A stretch of 64,000 nt of DNA from a bacterium (GTDB taxonomy: Bacteria; Bacillota_I; Bacilli_A; RFN20; CAG-288). Below are positions 18,748 to 27,727 of the stretch, one piece after another. The DNA lies in contig CAVDUB010000001.1 in the NCBI GenBank assembly GCA_963612025.1, positions 75,577 to 139,576 on the forward strand, read 5' to 3'. The notes under the pieces were generated by a model, which worked only from the letters and a program-made list of their open reading frames with translations, had not been told where the DNA came from and made no database searches. Made by a program: the position numbers and the translations under genes. Position 1 is the stretch's first letter, and every line of letters begins with the position of its first letter.

Positions 18748-21678
18748 TTACTTTTCTTCTGCGACTTCGGCTTTTTCGTCCTTATACGCCTTGCGGATTG
18801 CAAAGAATCCCCAGACAATCAAGCCAACCGGAACAGCGATATCGACAATCATGAGAACGACTTTCCAATAGGCCATCGCATAATGATCGATTTCGACGCC
18901 GAGGATGTTCGAATTGCAGACAGCATAGAGTGTCTCATGCGTTGCATTTCTGAGCATCAGACAATCCGTTGCATTATTCGAATCGAAAACAGAACTGTCG
19001 GCTGTCTGTGAGCAGAGATCGAGCGTTCCACCAGCATACAAAGCCGGTTTGACCTGCATATAGTCACCTTTGTTGTGGTGTGTATTGAAATCCGTGATGA
19101 CAGCACCATGGAATCCCCATTCTTCTCTCAAAATCGTCGTCGTCAAGCTATAGGTCGCTCCAGACCAACGGGTTCCGATACGATTGAAAGAGGTCATGAT
19201 GCCACGGCTCTTGCCAACTTTGACAGTGATTTCAAATGGTCTGAGATAAAGTTCACGCAAAGCCTGTTCATTGACAAACGTGCAATCGCCATTGGCATCG
19301 CGGTGTGTTTCACCTTCATTGCCGACAAAATGCTTCAAGTATGTCGTCATACCCTTCTTGTTGGCACCCTTGACTTCATAGGCACCCATCATACCGGAAA
19401 GGAAAGGATCTTCAGAGAAATATTCACAGCATCTTCCGCCGAATGGATTGCGATGGAGGTTCATGGCAGGCGCATACCAACCAGTATAAGGAACACCACT
19501 CTGTCCGACTAGGCCTTCATTGCCGACCGATTCACCCAATTTCTCGAGAAGGTCGACATTCCATGTCGAAGCGGTGATAACTTCACAGCAATACATAACG
19601 GTATTGTTGATCGTCGGATCTCCCATAAAGGCCGTCAATCCAACCGGACCATCGGCATCGATGGTGGCTGGCTTGGTGATGGAATCCATCTTTTCCGTAT
19701 GGAAACCGGCATCAAGATACATCGTCAGCTGTTCATCATATGTGGTCTGATCAAGAAGTTTGTCCCATAACGGATCATCGAAATCCTTGCCCTGCAGATC
19801 AATAAGTTTCATGCCATTATCCGCACCATAGGTCGGCATTTCAGCCGTCTTGGTTCCATTGACATACGGGTTGGCATCGTCTAAGGAAGTGTTGTTGTTC
19901 TTCAAAAGGTCACGGAAGGCCGTATCGATGGTTCTTTCTTCCTGAGTTGATGGAGACGGGAAAGTTCCTTCCCAATCATTTCTCGAGAGCGTCGACTGAC
20001 AATTCGAATCGGATCCATCAAAATGATTTTCGACCTTCGTTCCTGTGACATTGTCATTTTCGAACTTCAGTCCATTTTCACAATTCATCGAAATCTTTCT
20101 GGATGAATCATGGGCTGTCGAAGCAACATACAAGGAATAAGCACCCTTATCGAGTTCATAGCCCTTGAAATCATTCTTGTTGGCATCATTGTAGTCATAG
20201 TTCGCAAGATAATACGGATCGATGCTAATGGTGAGTTCTTCAGACTTTCCAGGTTCAAGCAAGCCGGTCTTTGCAAAACCGACAAGAACCTTCGAGGATT
20301 TTTCGATGCCACCGGCATAATAGGTTCCGCCCATATAAATCTGAACGACATCCTTGCCAGCGACCTCAGAAGTATTGGTGACTTTCACCTTGACATCGAA
20401 TGGATCTTTCGTCAATTCTTTTCCGTTCAAAGTCCCTTCATTGGTGATGGTCCACTCAAATGTAGAATAGCTAAGACCATATCCGAACGGATAGAGAACA
20501 TTCTGAGTATACCAATTCTCATTGTTTTCTCCTCTGGTCTCATAATAGCGATAACCGATATAGACCCCCTCTTCATAGTTGGTGAAATAATAGAGGGAAT
20601 TTCTCAGCTTTCCACTCGCATTGATCAAGAAGGCATCGCCATTGTCGCCAACACCTTCACACTGCGAATTGTCGCCGAAGTTGTAATAGGAAGGAACCGA
20701 TTTGAAGTCCTTGACATAAGTGTCTGTGAGATGTCCAGAAGGATTCACGCTGCCATTGAGAATCTTTCCGACAGCCATGGTTCCCTGGGCTCCTGGGAAG
20801 CCAATCCATAAGATACCATCAATCTTATCGTTTTCCTCCAACGCGGTGCAGTTGAGTTGGTTGGCCGCATTGACCAAGACCACAACCTTCTTGAATCCTG
20901 CGGAAGTCACCATGTTGATCATGGCTTCTTCGTCCTTGTCAAGATCAAGGAACGTCTTGCTAGAATCGCCAGGCTGAGCTCTCGGAAGATCGAATCCTTC
21001 ACCGCCGATACGGGTCAGGAAGATAACCGCCATATCCGAATAGGAAGTGAACGTGGACTTCACCGAATCCGTATAATTCGCAAGCGGAGTCTCACCGACG
21101 TTCAATGTTGCTGAGCCTCCGGAATCCATGCCTGGATTGGAGGATCTTTCCGTTTTATCATTCTTATAGAATTCCTTCAAGGTCGGATTGATCTCATATC
21201 CGGCTTCCGTCAGAGAATCATAGATATTTTTTGTCTTACTATCTGTGGAGTTGCCAGCCGAACCGGATCCAGCAATTGCCATATTGATGGAATTGCGTCC
21301 GAAGACAGAAATCTTCTTCGTGGAGTCCGTCTTTGCCGGAAGAGCATTGTTCTTATTCTTCAAAAGAACCATGCCTTCTTCACAAAGCTCATTGTTAACC
21401 TTGTTTCCATGTTCCTGGGCACTCGTCTTATCACCGGCCTTGACATCCTCGTCGAGTTCGAAAGAAGTCGTAACCGTCGAACCGGATTTCGCAATGGCGC
21501 GATCGCCGCCGAAGAGTCGATCCAAAACACCACCTAACACCTGTCTGCTCAAGGCAAGAGGTGTCACAACAATCAGAAGAACAGCGACAATAGCTGTCAC
21601 GATAAACCAAACTCGGCTTCCGACATGATGGAAAATAACAGCAAAAGGATTACGTTTTTTTTGATTTTGATTATCCAT
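18748..21678 (-). CDS. Glycoside hydrolase family 3, domain-permuted, with N-terminal TM/signal and C-terminal TM anchor
   Basis: The start was moved to the ATG at 21678 behind AAAGGAGG; the track start at 21714 is TTG. Motifs are MVLLKNKNNALP, YPFGYGLSYSTF, KHFVGNEGETHR and REEWGFHGAVITDF. The C-terminal TM is VVLMIVDIAVPVGLIVWGFFAI followed by a basic tail. Confidence 0.9.
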   Translation of the reverse strand: MDNQNQKKRNPFAVIFHHVGSRVWFIVTAIVAVLLIVVTPLALSRQVLGGVLDRLFGGDRAIAKSGSTVTTSFELDEDVKAGDKTSAQEHGNKVNNELCEEGMVLLKNKNNALPAKTDSTKKISVFGRNSINMAIAGSGSAGNSTDSKTKNIYDSLTEAGYEINPTLKEFYKNDKTERSSNPGMDSGGSATLNVGETPLANYTDSVKSTFTSYSDMAVIFLTRIGGEGFDLPRAQPGDSSKTFLDLDKDEEAMINMVTSAGFKKVVVLVNAANQLNCTALEENDKIDGILWIGFPGAQGTMAVGKILNGSVNPSGHLTDTYVKDFKSVPSYYNFGDNSQCEGVGDNGDAFLINASGKLRNSLYYFTNYEEGVYIGYRYYETRGENNENWYTQNVLYPFGYGLSYSTFEWTITNEGTLNGKELTKDPFDVKVKVTNTSEVAGKDVVQIYMGGTYYAGGIEKSSKVLVGFAKTGLLEPGKSEELTISIDPYYLANYDYNDANKNDFKGYELDKGAYSLYVASTAHDSSRKISMNCENGLKFENDNVTGTKVENHFDGSDSNCQSTLSRNDWEGTFPSPSTQEERTIDTAFRDLLKNNNTSLDDANPYVNGTKTAEMPTYGADNGMKLIDLQGKDFDDPLWDKLLDQTTYDEQLTMYLDAGFHTEKMDSITKPATIDADGPVGLTAFMGDPTINNTVMYCCEVITASTWNVDLLEKLGESVGNEGLVGQSGVPYTGWYAPAMNLHRNPFGGRCCEYFSEDPFLSGMMGAYEVKGANKKGMTTYLKHFVGNEGETHRDANGDCTFVNEQALRELYLRPFEITVKVGKSRGIMTSFNRIGTRWSGATYSLTTTILREEWGFHGAVITDFNTHHNKGDYMQVKPALYAGGTLDLCSQTADSSVFDSNNATDCLMLRNATHETLYAVCNSNILGVEIDHYAMAYWKVVLMIVDIAVPVGLIVWGFFAIRKAYKDEKAEVAEEK

Positions 21679-21820
21679 ATTTCCTCCTTTATCCATCTCT
21701 TTTTCATTCCCCAATTGAAAAGAAGATGATTAAAAACATTGTATTGTAAACCCCTTACATTTTCATTTTTTTATCTTATATTTCTTTTTTTTGAGCGTAA
21801 GTTGTTACACCTTTTTTGCT

Positions 21821-21854
21821 ACAAAAAATGCCTTGGCCAAGAGGCCAAAGCATT
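21821..21854 (-). terminator. Rho-independent terminator after the CBM-like lipoprotein gene
   Basis: A 12-bp stem AATGCCTTGGCC/GGCCAAaGCATT (one mismatch) is followed by TTTTTT on the minus strand. Confidence 0.7.
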
Positions 21855-21870
21855 GATTCATTCCTTCGAT

Positions 21871-22626
21871 TTAGAAAACGTCGTAATCGGTCTTCTTATC
21901 GGAAAATTCCAATTCGGCATCTCCGAAATCGGTCAATTTGAAGCAGTCGATAATCGGAGCCGTCGCCGACATCGTTCCACCCAAGCCATTGTTATTTTTG
22001 GTCATATAGACAAGTTTATTCTCGCCTTCCTTCAGATTGATTGTCGATAAGAGCTTATCCGTAAATGGTTTGCTTCTTCCTTCAGTCGAAGAGGGTATAT
22101 CCGTAAAGGAAATCTGAGCATAAACGACAGGTATATCGTTGATGGTGATGGAATTGTTTGCCATCGTATAGGTCTGGTTATTGAAGAATTCACCCGAGAT
22201 TCTCCAAGTGAGTTTTGCGGTGCAGGCCTTGTTGGATGTGATGGTGAAACCGATTGTTGCACCATACTTATATAAGTAGGAAACATAGAAGCCATTCGAA
22301 GCCTGGAAGTCACCGGTTCTATCCGGAACGATAATGTTGGCTCCATTCTGGGATCCAGAAAATCCCGGATAATCCTCAGCCCATTCGATGTCTGGAGAGA
22401 ATTCAGCTTCCAAGACAAGTGTTCCTGGTTCCTCAGTGGTTGTCGAGCTTGTTTCAGCAGCCGTCGAATTGACCGTCGTATCGCTTGGGGCGATCGTTGT
22501 ATTCTGCTTTTCTGTGGTTTTGGCTGTATTGGAAGCATCAGCCGGTTTGGTTGAATTCGAATTGGATGTCTCACCACAAGAGACAAGCAGAGGCAAAAGC
22601 AACAAAGGCAACAGATTCTTTTTCAT
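21871..22626 (-). CDS. Lipoprotein with a putative carbohydrate-binding beta-sandwich (CBM6/35-like; function is inferred)
   Basis: The start was moved to the ATG at 22626 behind AAAGGAG. The N-terminus is MKKNLLPLLLLPLLVSCGE (lipobox), followed by an S/T/N linker and then about 170 aa resembling CBM modules (LEAEFSP..., TINLKEGENKLVY). It is embedded in the GH3 array. Confidence 0.7.
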   Translation of the reverse strand: MKKNLLPLLLLPLLVSCGETSNSNSTKPADASNTAKTTEKQNTTIAPSDTTVNSTAAETSSTTTEEPGTLVLEAEFSPDIEWAEDYPGFSGSQNGANIIVPDRTGDFQASNGFYVSYLYKYGATIGFTITSNKACTAKLTWRISGEFFNNQTYTMANNSITINDIPVVYAQISFTDIPSSTEGRSKPFTDKLLSTINLKEGENKLVYMTKNNNGLGGTMSATAPIIDCFKLTDFGDAELEFSDKKTDYDVF

Positions 22627-22749
22627 AAATGATAATCTCCTTTCTATAAAGTTGTGCATGATTGTTTACGATCTGAGTCGAAAAATCATGAATAAAAAGC
22701 AAATCCTTTAACTTTGAATTTCAAATTCGCAAGTATCGAATATAGAAGA

Positions 22750-22774
22750 GACACCCGGCAGATAACCGGGTGTC
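22750..22774 (-). terminator. Terminator hairpin after the large GH3 gene
   Basis: The perfect 9-bp stem GACACCCGG/CCGGGTGTC has a weak T tract (TCTTCT). Confidence 0.55.
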
Positions 22775-22793
22775 AATTCTTGCTCGTATCAGA

Positions 22794-25700
22794 TTACTTC
22801 TCTTCTCTCTTCTTCTTGAAGGCAAGGGCGACACCTAAGAGAGCCATAGCTCCTAAGGCAGAAGAGGCAGCGATGATGCTTCCGCCACATCCCTTGTTTT
22901 CAGTCTTGCTTTCAGCAGCCGTCTTGGCTTCATCAGCGGTCTTCTTGGCTTCATCGGCTGTTGTCTTGGCAGTATCAGCCGCGGTCTTTGCGGCATCGGC
23001 TGCCGTCTTTGCAGCATCAGCCGCAGCCTTTGCGGCATCAGCAGCGTCCTTAGCCTCATCAGCAGTGACAACGTGTTCTTCTGTTCCACCTTTGACGGTC
23101 AAGGTGATTTCCTGATCGTATTCACGGGTGACATCCGGATTTCTCCATCCACTTCCAGGAGTGAACTGGATGACATGGAGCTTAAAGACATAGGTTCCGT
23201 TCTTCGTGGCTTTTCCAGTAATCTTTCCATCCGCGGACAAAGTCAAGCCTTCTGGCAAGGTTCCTTCCGCATCCATATAGGTGACGGTCGTTGTTCCTTC
23301 CGCTTTGATATAGTCAGAAGAAATCTGTGCTTCGAAGTCTTCGCCAACGGTGATTTCAGTCTTATCAATCTTGAAGGCATCGATGACGTTCAAGGTATAG
23401 TTCTTGGTATGTGTGATCCATCCATCGGCATGCATCGTGACAGTGAAGGTGTAGCTTCCTTTGGCCGTGCTTGATCCAGTCAGGTTGCCCGCGCGATCAA
23501 GAGTGATGCCTTCTGGCAAGCTTCCGCCCGTCACTTCGTACCAGACATCGGTTGTGCCGACGCTTTCGCTTGCTCTCACAGATCCGTTGAAAGTTGTTCC
23601 AGCTGGAGCATTGAAGGTGGCTGTCTCAGCATCCCACTTGCTGAAGTTGAGACCATTTTGTGTGATGGAAGAATTGGCAGTGACATAGAGAAGGTTGATC
23701 ATGGACTTTCTGTAGTAATAGTAGACCGTCCATAAGTCTGTTCCATCCTGGACAGGGACTTTCTTGGTCGAATCCCAGGTTCCCAATCCGGAAGGCCTAC
23801 CACCAAAGCCAAGCAAAGTATCCATGCCGGCGACTCTGGCCATGAAGCCATTGGAATATGGGGAAGTTCCATAGTTGAAGGATCCGGCATCGGTTTCTGT
23901 GAAACCATTGAATCCCCATTCATCACGGAGCATATAGGTCATTTCAGCTGTATTGTTGTAGTTTGCAATATAGCCGATGGAGTTCATACCACCCATGACG
24001 GCTTTGCAGTCGCCGATTTCAACAGAGAGACGGAATGGCTTGAAGTAGATTTCTCTCATCGCCTGTTCAGAAACGAAGGCGTGGTTGCCGTTACGCTGTG
24101 TTTCGCAGTCATTGAGGGCCATATGCTTCATGAAGGCATAGCAGCCTTTTGCCTGTGCGGCCTTGATGGAATAGGCACCGATCATACCGCCCAAGAGACC
24201 GTCTTCAGAATAGTATTCGAAGTTACGTCCGCTGAAGGCTGAACGATGTGTATCCATGGCAGGACCATACCAGCCTGGACGGATACCCCATAAGGATTCT
24301 TCACCGATGAGCGTTCCGAATTTCTCAGCCAAATCGATGTTGAAGGTGGCAGCCAACGTGCAGGCGACAGGATAGTCGACTCTATAGATGGCGGAAGGAC
24401 CATCGACATCAGTTGTCTGTGGCTTATTGATAGAGCTGATGCCCGCATTGTGCCATCCGCAATCATCCAATGCCTTATAGAGTTCTTCCCAAGTCATCTT
24501 GTTGATGACTTTATTGTAGAGTTTCTTTCCTTCTTCAGTTGACGGATCAACACCGGCAAGAGAATAGAAGTCTTCAGTGACAGATGTATCACCCTGGGTG
24601 TAATCTGCACCGAATTCTGCCTTGACATCGGCTTCTGTCTTCTTCATGCTGCTTGGCATGTAGCCGTTGATATCGTCATTTCCTTCCATCTTGACGCCTG
24701 TGACAATGCCAGACATAATGGCCAAGGCATCACCTTTGACTGTGCTTTCGGCATCGCCTTTGGCTTTTGGCTTATTGATATTAGCTAAATCTTTTCCAGA
24801 AGCTCTGGAGAGCTGTTCGACAACAAGGCCATCGCCGTCCATTGGCAAAGAACGATAGGGGTTCTTAATTGTGGTATCAGTGGTATTATTCTCAGCAATG
24901 TAATCGCTGAAGAGGTTGTGGACTTCATTGTTGGTATAACCATCGGTGGTGAGTGTGATTCCAGATTCAAGACTCCAAGTCACCGTTTCGAAATAGTTAT
25001 GGGAATCATCGGCAATCTTGAAAGCATAGTTGCCTTTGTCCAATTCATAACCCTTGAAGCCATTGTGATTTGCATCATTGTAGTCATAGGAGGCAACATC
25101 GGTATCTTTCCAGCTCAAAGTGAGAACCTGCTCTTCATTCGGCTGGAGGATTTCCGTCTTGGCAAAAGCGACTAAGACCGCAGAGGGCTTTTCAATCTCG
25201 CCATCGATATATGGAGCTTCGACATAGATCTGAACCGTCTTCTTTCCAGCGACCGAACCGACATTCTTGACTTTCACCGTCATCGACATGTCATGTGTTG
25301 TCGAATTATAGGTGACATCCGTCTGTTTAGAAACATCGAATTCAGTGAAACTCAAGCCATAGCCGAATGGATAGACGACATTTTCCTTATACCAATTCTT
25401 GGCCGTATCACTTGCTTCACCGCCCTTGATGGTGAACATAGTTTCATAATACTTATAGCCAAGGTAGACACCTTCTTCATAATTGGTATAGGCAGCGATA
25501 TTGGCAACTTCTGTTGTCGAATAATTACCCGTCCTATCTTTGCTATACCAAACGTCTTTGTATTTCGATTCAAAGTTTTCATCCGTCTTATCAGGGGTGA
25601 GGAAATAGTTTTCAGCATTTCCTTCCTGATTCTGTGCGTTCGTACCGAAATTGAGGGAAGTTGGATCCTTAAGAAGATCGCGAGGATAGACATCGACCGT

Positions 25701-26594
25701 TTTGCCGGATGGATTGACTTTTCCGGTCAAAATGTCGCCGATAGCATAGAAGCCTGTTCCGCCAACACCGCCAGTCCATAACATGGCATCGATTTCATCA
25801 TCATCCTGAAGATCACCAAGTTCCATGACGTTTGTCGCATTGAGAATAACGACAATCTTGCTGAATTTCTTGGAATCCTTGATCATCTTGATCATATCTT
25901 TCTCATTTTCAGAGAGTTCAAGATAATGATGATCAATCTTCTTTCCATCTGCATCAACCGGGTCATCACCGGTATGATCAACAACGCCTGTCACTGGTTC
26001 ATCCGCACCTTCAGAACCCGAACGGACGATCGTGATGATGGCAGCATCATTGTAGGTATTCCATGTTTCCTTCACAGAATCTTCATAGCTCGAAACCGGT
26101 GTTTCACCGACTGTGAAACCGCCAGAGGAGAACATACCGCCGGATGTTCTTGCTTTGCCGGAACGGGTATCATCTTCATAGAATGCCTTCTGCGCCGGGT
26201 TGACATTGAATCCTGCTTCTTCCAACGTATCATAGATACCGGCAGAAGGATAATATCCTTTTGAAGCACCGGAACCGCCACCGCCGATCGAAGTGGCCGT
26301 GGAGTTCTTGCCAAAGACCGTGACATTATGCACGTTCGTAAACGGAAGAACATTGTCTTTGTTCTTCAGCATGATGATGCCTTCACCGGCAATTTCTCTT
26401 GTAAGCTTGTTTCCAGCCTCGCCAACATCTTCCATCGAAGCATAGGCAGAATAGAATTTCTTGCCTGTCGACGCTGTATTGGCTCCTTTCAATCCAGTTT
26501 TTCCTGTAACAGACGTACCAAGTTCACCGGATAACAGTCCAAATCCCATCAATGCAGCAACAGCGAAGAACGCCTTCTTTTTGGTTTTTTTCAT
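22794..26594 (-). CDS. Large surface GH3 glycosidase (permuted) with two He_PIG/Ig-like repeats, an Ala-rich heptad stalk and a C-terminal TM anchor
   Basis: The signal peptide is MKKTKKKAFFAVAALMGFGLLSG. GH3 motifs are IIMLKNKDNVLP, YPFGYGLSFTEF, MKHMALNDCETQR and RDEWGFNGFTETDA. The repeats are VTGGSLPEGITLDRAGNLTGSS and EGTLPEGLTLSADGKITGKA. The C-terminus is GCGGSIIAASSALGAMALLGVALAF-KKKREEK. A strong AAGGAGG RBS is present. Confidence 0.92.
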   Translation of the reverse strand: MKKTKKKAFFAVAALMGFGLLSGELGTSVTGKTGLKGANTASTGKKFYSAYASMEDVGEAGNKLTREIAGEGIIMLKNKDNVLPFTNVHNVTVFGKNSTATSIGGGGSGASKGYYPSAGIYDTLEEAGFNVNPAQKAFYEDDTRSGKARTSGGMFSSGGFTVGETPVSSYEDSVKETWNTYNDAAIITIVRSGSEGADEPVTGVVDHTGDDPVDADGKKIDHHYLELSENEKDMIKMIKDSKKFSKIVVILNATNVMELGDLQDDDEIDAMLWTGGVGGTGFYAIGDILTGKVNPSGKTVDVYPRDLLKDPTSLNFGTNAQNQEGNAENYFLTPDKTDENFESKYKDVWYSKDRTGNYSTTEVANIAAYTNYEEGVYLGYKYYETMFTIKGGEASDTAKNWYKENVVYPFGYGLSFTEFDVSKQTDVTYNSTTHDMSMTVKVKNVGSVAGKKTVQIYVEAPYIDGEIEKPSAVLVAFAKTEILQPNEEQVLTLSWKDTDVASYDYNDANHNGFKGYELDKGNYAFKIADDSHNYFETVTWSLESGITLTTDGYTNNEVHNLFSDYIAENNTTDTTIKNPYRSLPMDGDGLVVEQLSRASGKDLANINKPKAKGDAESTVKGDALAIMSGIVTGVKMEGNDDINGYMPSSMKKTEADVKAEFGADYTQGDTSVTEDFYSLAGVDPSTEEGKKLYNKVINKMTWEELYKALDDCGWHNAGISSINKPQTTDVDGPSAIYRVDYPVACTLAATFNIDLAEKFGTLIGEESLWGIRPGWYGPAMDTHRSAFSGRNFEYYSEDGLLGGMIGAYSIKAAQAKGCYAFMKHMALNDCETQRNGNHAFVSEQAMREIYFKPFRLSVEIGDCKAVMGGMNSIGYIANYNNTAEMTYMLRDEWGFNGFTETDAGSFNYGTSPYSNGFMARVAGMDTLLGFGGRPSGLGTWDSTKKVPVQDGTDLWTVYYYYRKSMINLLYVTANSSITQNGLNFSKWDAETATFNAPAGTTFNGSVRASESVGTTDVWYEVTGGSLPEGITLDRAGNLTGSSTAKGSYTFTVTMHADGWITHTKNYTLNVIDAFKIDKTEITVGEDFEAQISSDYIKAEGTTTVTYMDAEGTLPEGLTLSADGKITGKATKNGTYVFKLHVIQFTPGSGWRNPDVTREYDQEITLTVKGGTEEHVVTADEAKDAADAAKAAADAAKTAADAAKTAADTAKTTADEAKKTADEAKTAAESKTENKGCGGSIIAASSALGAMALLGVALAFKKKREEK
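22917..23063 (-). repeat. Seven imperfect 21-nt (heptad) tandem repeats encoding ADxAKxA
   Basis: The protein reads ADEAKDA ADAAKAA ADAAKTA ADAAKTA ADTAKTT ADEAKKT ADEAKTA. The DNA periodicity is visible in 22917-23063. Confidence 0.85.
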
Positions 26595-26671
26595 ATGTTA
26601 CCTCCTTAGAATAAAACCATGGAACGACCATTATTGGGGACTAACAGTGTGTTCCTTTCATCGACAAGTGC

Positions 26672-26700
26672 ATTCTAGGAAAAAGAATTTTGTAAATCAA
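26672..26700 (-). promoter_or_regulatory. Candidate promoter of the large GH3 gene
   Basis: On the minus strand the pattern is TTGATT-17 nt-TAGAAT, about 75 nt upstream of the ATG at 26594. Confidence 0.5.
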
Positions 26701-26714
26701 TGTAACCGCTTAAC
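26701..26714. promoter_or_regulatory. cre-like half-good site abutting the -35
   Basis: TGTAACCGCTTAAC has two mismatches at one end relative to TGWAANCGNTNWCA. Confidence 0.3.
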
Positions 26715-26757
26715 CTCTTCTTTTGGCTTCGTAAGTTGTCGTATTTTTTTTCGCACG

Positions 26758-26771
26758 TGTAAGCGGATACA
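26758..26771. promoter_or_regulatory. cre-like (CcpA) site
   Basis: TGTAAGCGGATACA fits the degenerate cre consensus TGNAANCGNWNNCW. Confidence 0.45.
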
Positions 26772-26946
26772 CTCCGAAAGACAGACGTTTTTCACCGTAA
26801 CAATTGACAGATTCAAGTGTTTGTATAATTCTTTTCTTTCGATTTGTGATGAAAACGAATCTTTGCAAGCAGAATTTTTTAACGACAAAAAAAGCCCTTT
26901 TATCTGCAATAAAAAAGATATCTTTCGATATCCTTTATTCCATAAT

Positions 26947-27669
26947 TTAGGACTCATGGACCTTTAAATATTTTGTCAGAGCATCCTGGAATTCTTTCTT
27001 CTTCGGATGAGAAATCATCAATTCATCTTCTCCAACATAGACTGTATATTTGTTGATGCCGGAGACATAACTGAGATTGACGAGGTAGCAGTGATTGCAG
27101 CGGACAAAGATAGAGGGAAGGACTTTCTCGATTTCGGAAAGTGAACCATATGTATCGTAGATGCCCTTGGTTGTATGATAGAAAAGTCGATGATTGATGA
27201 TTTCGACATATTTGATTTCGTAACTATTCAGAATCCGGCTGCCATTCTCATTGTTGATCATGATTTTCCGATATTTTTCCTGCTCTTTCTTCATAAAAAT
27301 AAAGACACGGGGCAATTTCTGAAGGAGATAGGATCGGTCAATTGGCTTTAGCAGAAAATCAACCGCATTCATTTCATATCCTTTGATGGCCAGTCTTTCG
27401 TTATCTGAAGTAAAAATGAGAAAGACATTGTCGTCAAAAGCCTTCAATTTCCTGGCAACATCAAAACTATCCATATCTTCCAATGATGTATCAAGAAAGA
27501 CAAAATCGAAGATATGGGAGAGATTTTTCAAAAATAAATGTCCTTGCTCATATTGCTGGATTTCAATTTTAAAATGGTTTTCAGAAGAAAAACCATTCAG
27601 AATATCCACTAGAGTTTCGTTCGTGGATATATCCTTTCCGACAATAGCCACTTTCATTCTTTCGATCAT
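26947..27669 (-). CDS. Orphan LytTR-family response regulator with an atypical receiver
   Basis: The receiver has FVFLDTSL (acceptor Asp), FTS and LLKPI, but the beta1 loop reads IVGKD instead of an acidic pair. A LytTR C-terminal domain is present and there is no adjacent kinase. The start could be 27669 or 27657 (MKVAIVG). Confidence 0.85.
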   Translation of the reverse strand: MIERMKVAIVGKDISTNETLVDILNGFSSENHFKIEIQQYEQGHLFLKNLSHIFDFVFLDTSLEDMDSFDVARKLKAFDDNVFLIFTSDNERLAIKGYEMNAVDFLLKPIDRSYLLQKLPRVFIFMKKEQEKYRKIMINNENGSRILNSYEIKYVEIINHRLFYHTTKGIYDTYGSLSEIEKVLPSIFVRCNHCYLVNLSYVSGINKYTVYVGEDELMISHPKKKEFQDALTKYLKVHES

Positions 27670-27727
27670 CCTCCAAAAGTCGGATTCTGCCTTCCATGGG
27701 AAGACGTCATCCGATATTTTCTTGGAA

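Noticed and set aside
21740-21765. TGTAAACCCCTTACA upstream of the middle GH3 looked like another cre site.
   Set aside because: The half-sites are spaced one base too far apart (TGTAA-N5-TTACA) and the central CG is missing. It does not fit the cre consensus.
22714-23115. A 133-aa Ala-rich plus-strand ORF lies here.
   Set aside because: It is the antisense reading of the Ala-rich heptad repeat and TM anchor of the large GH3 gene.
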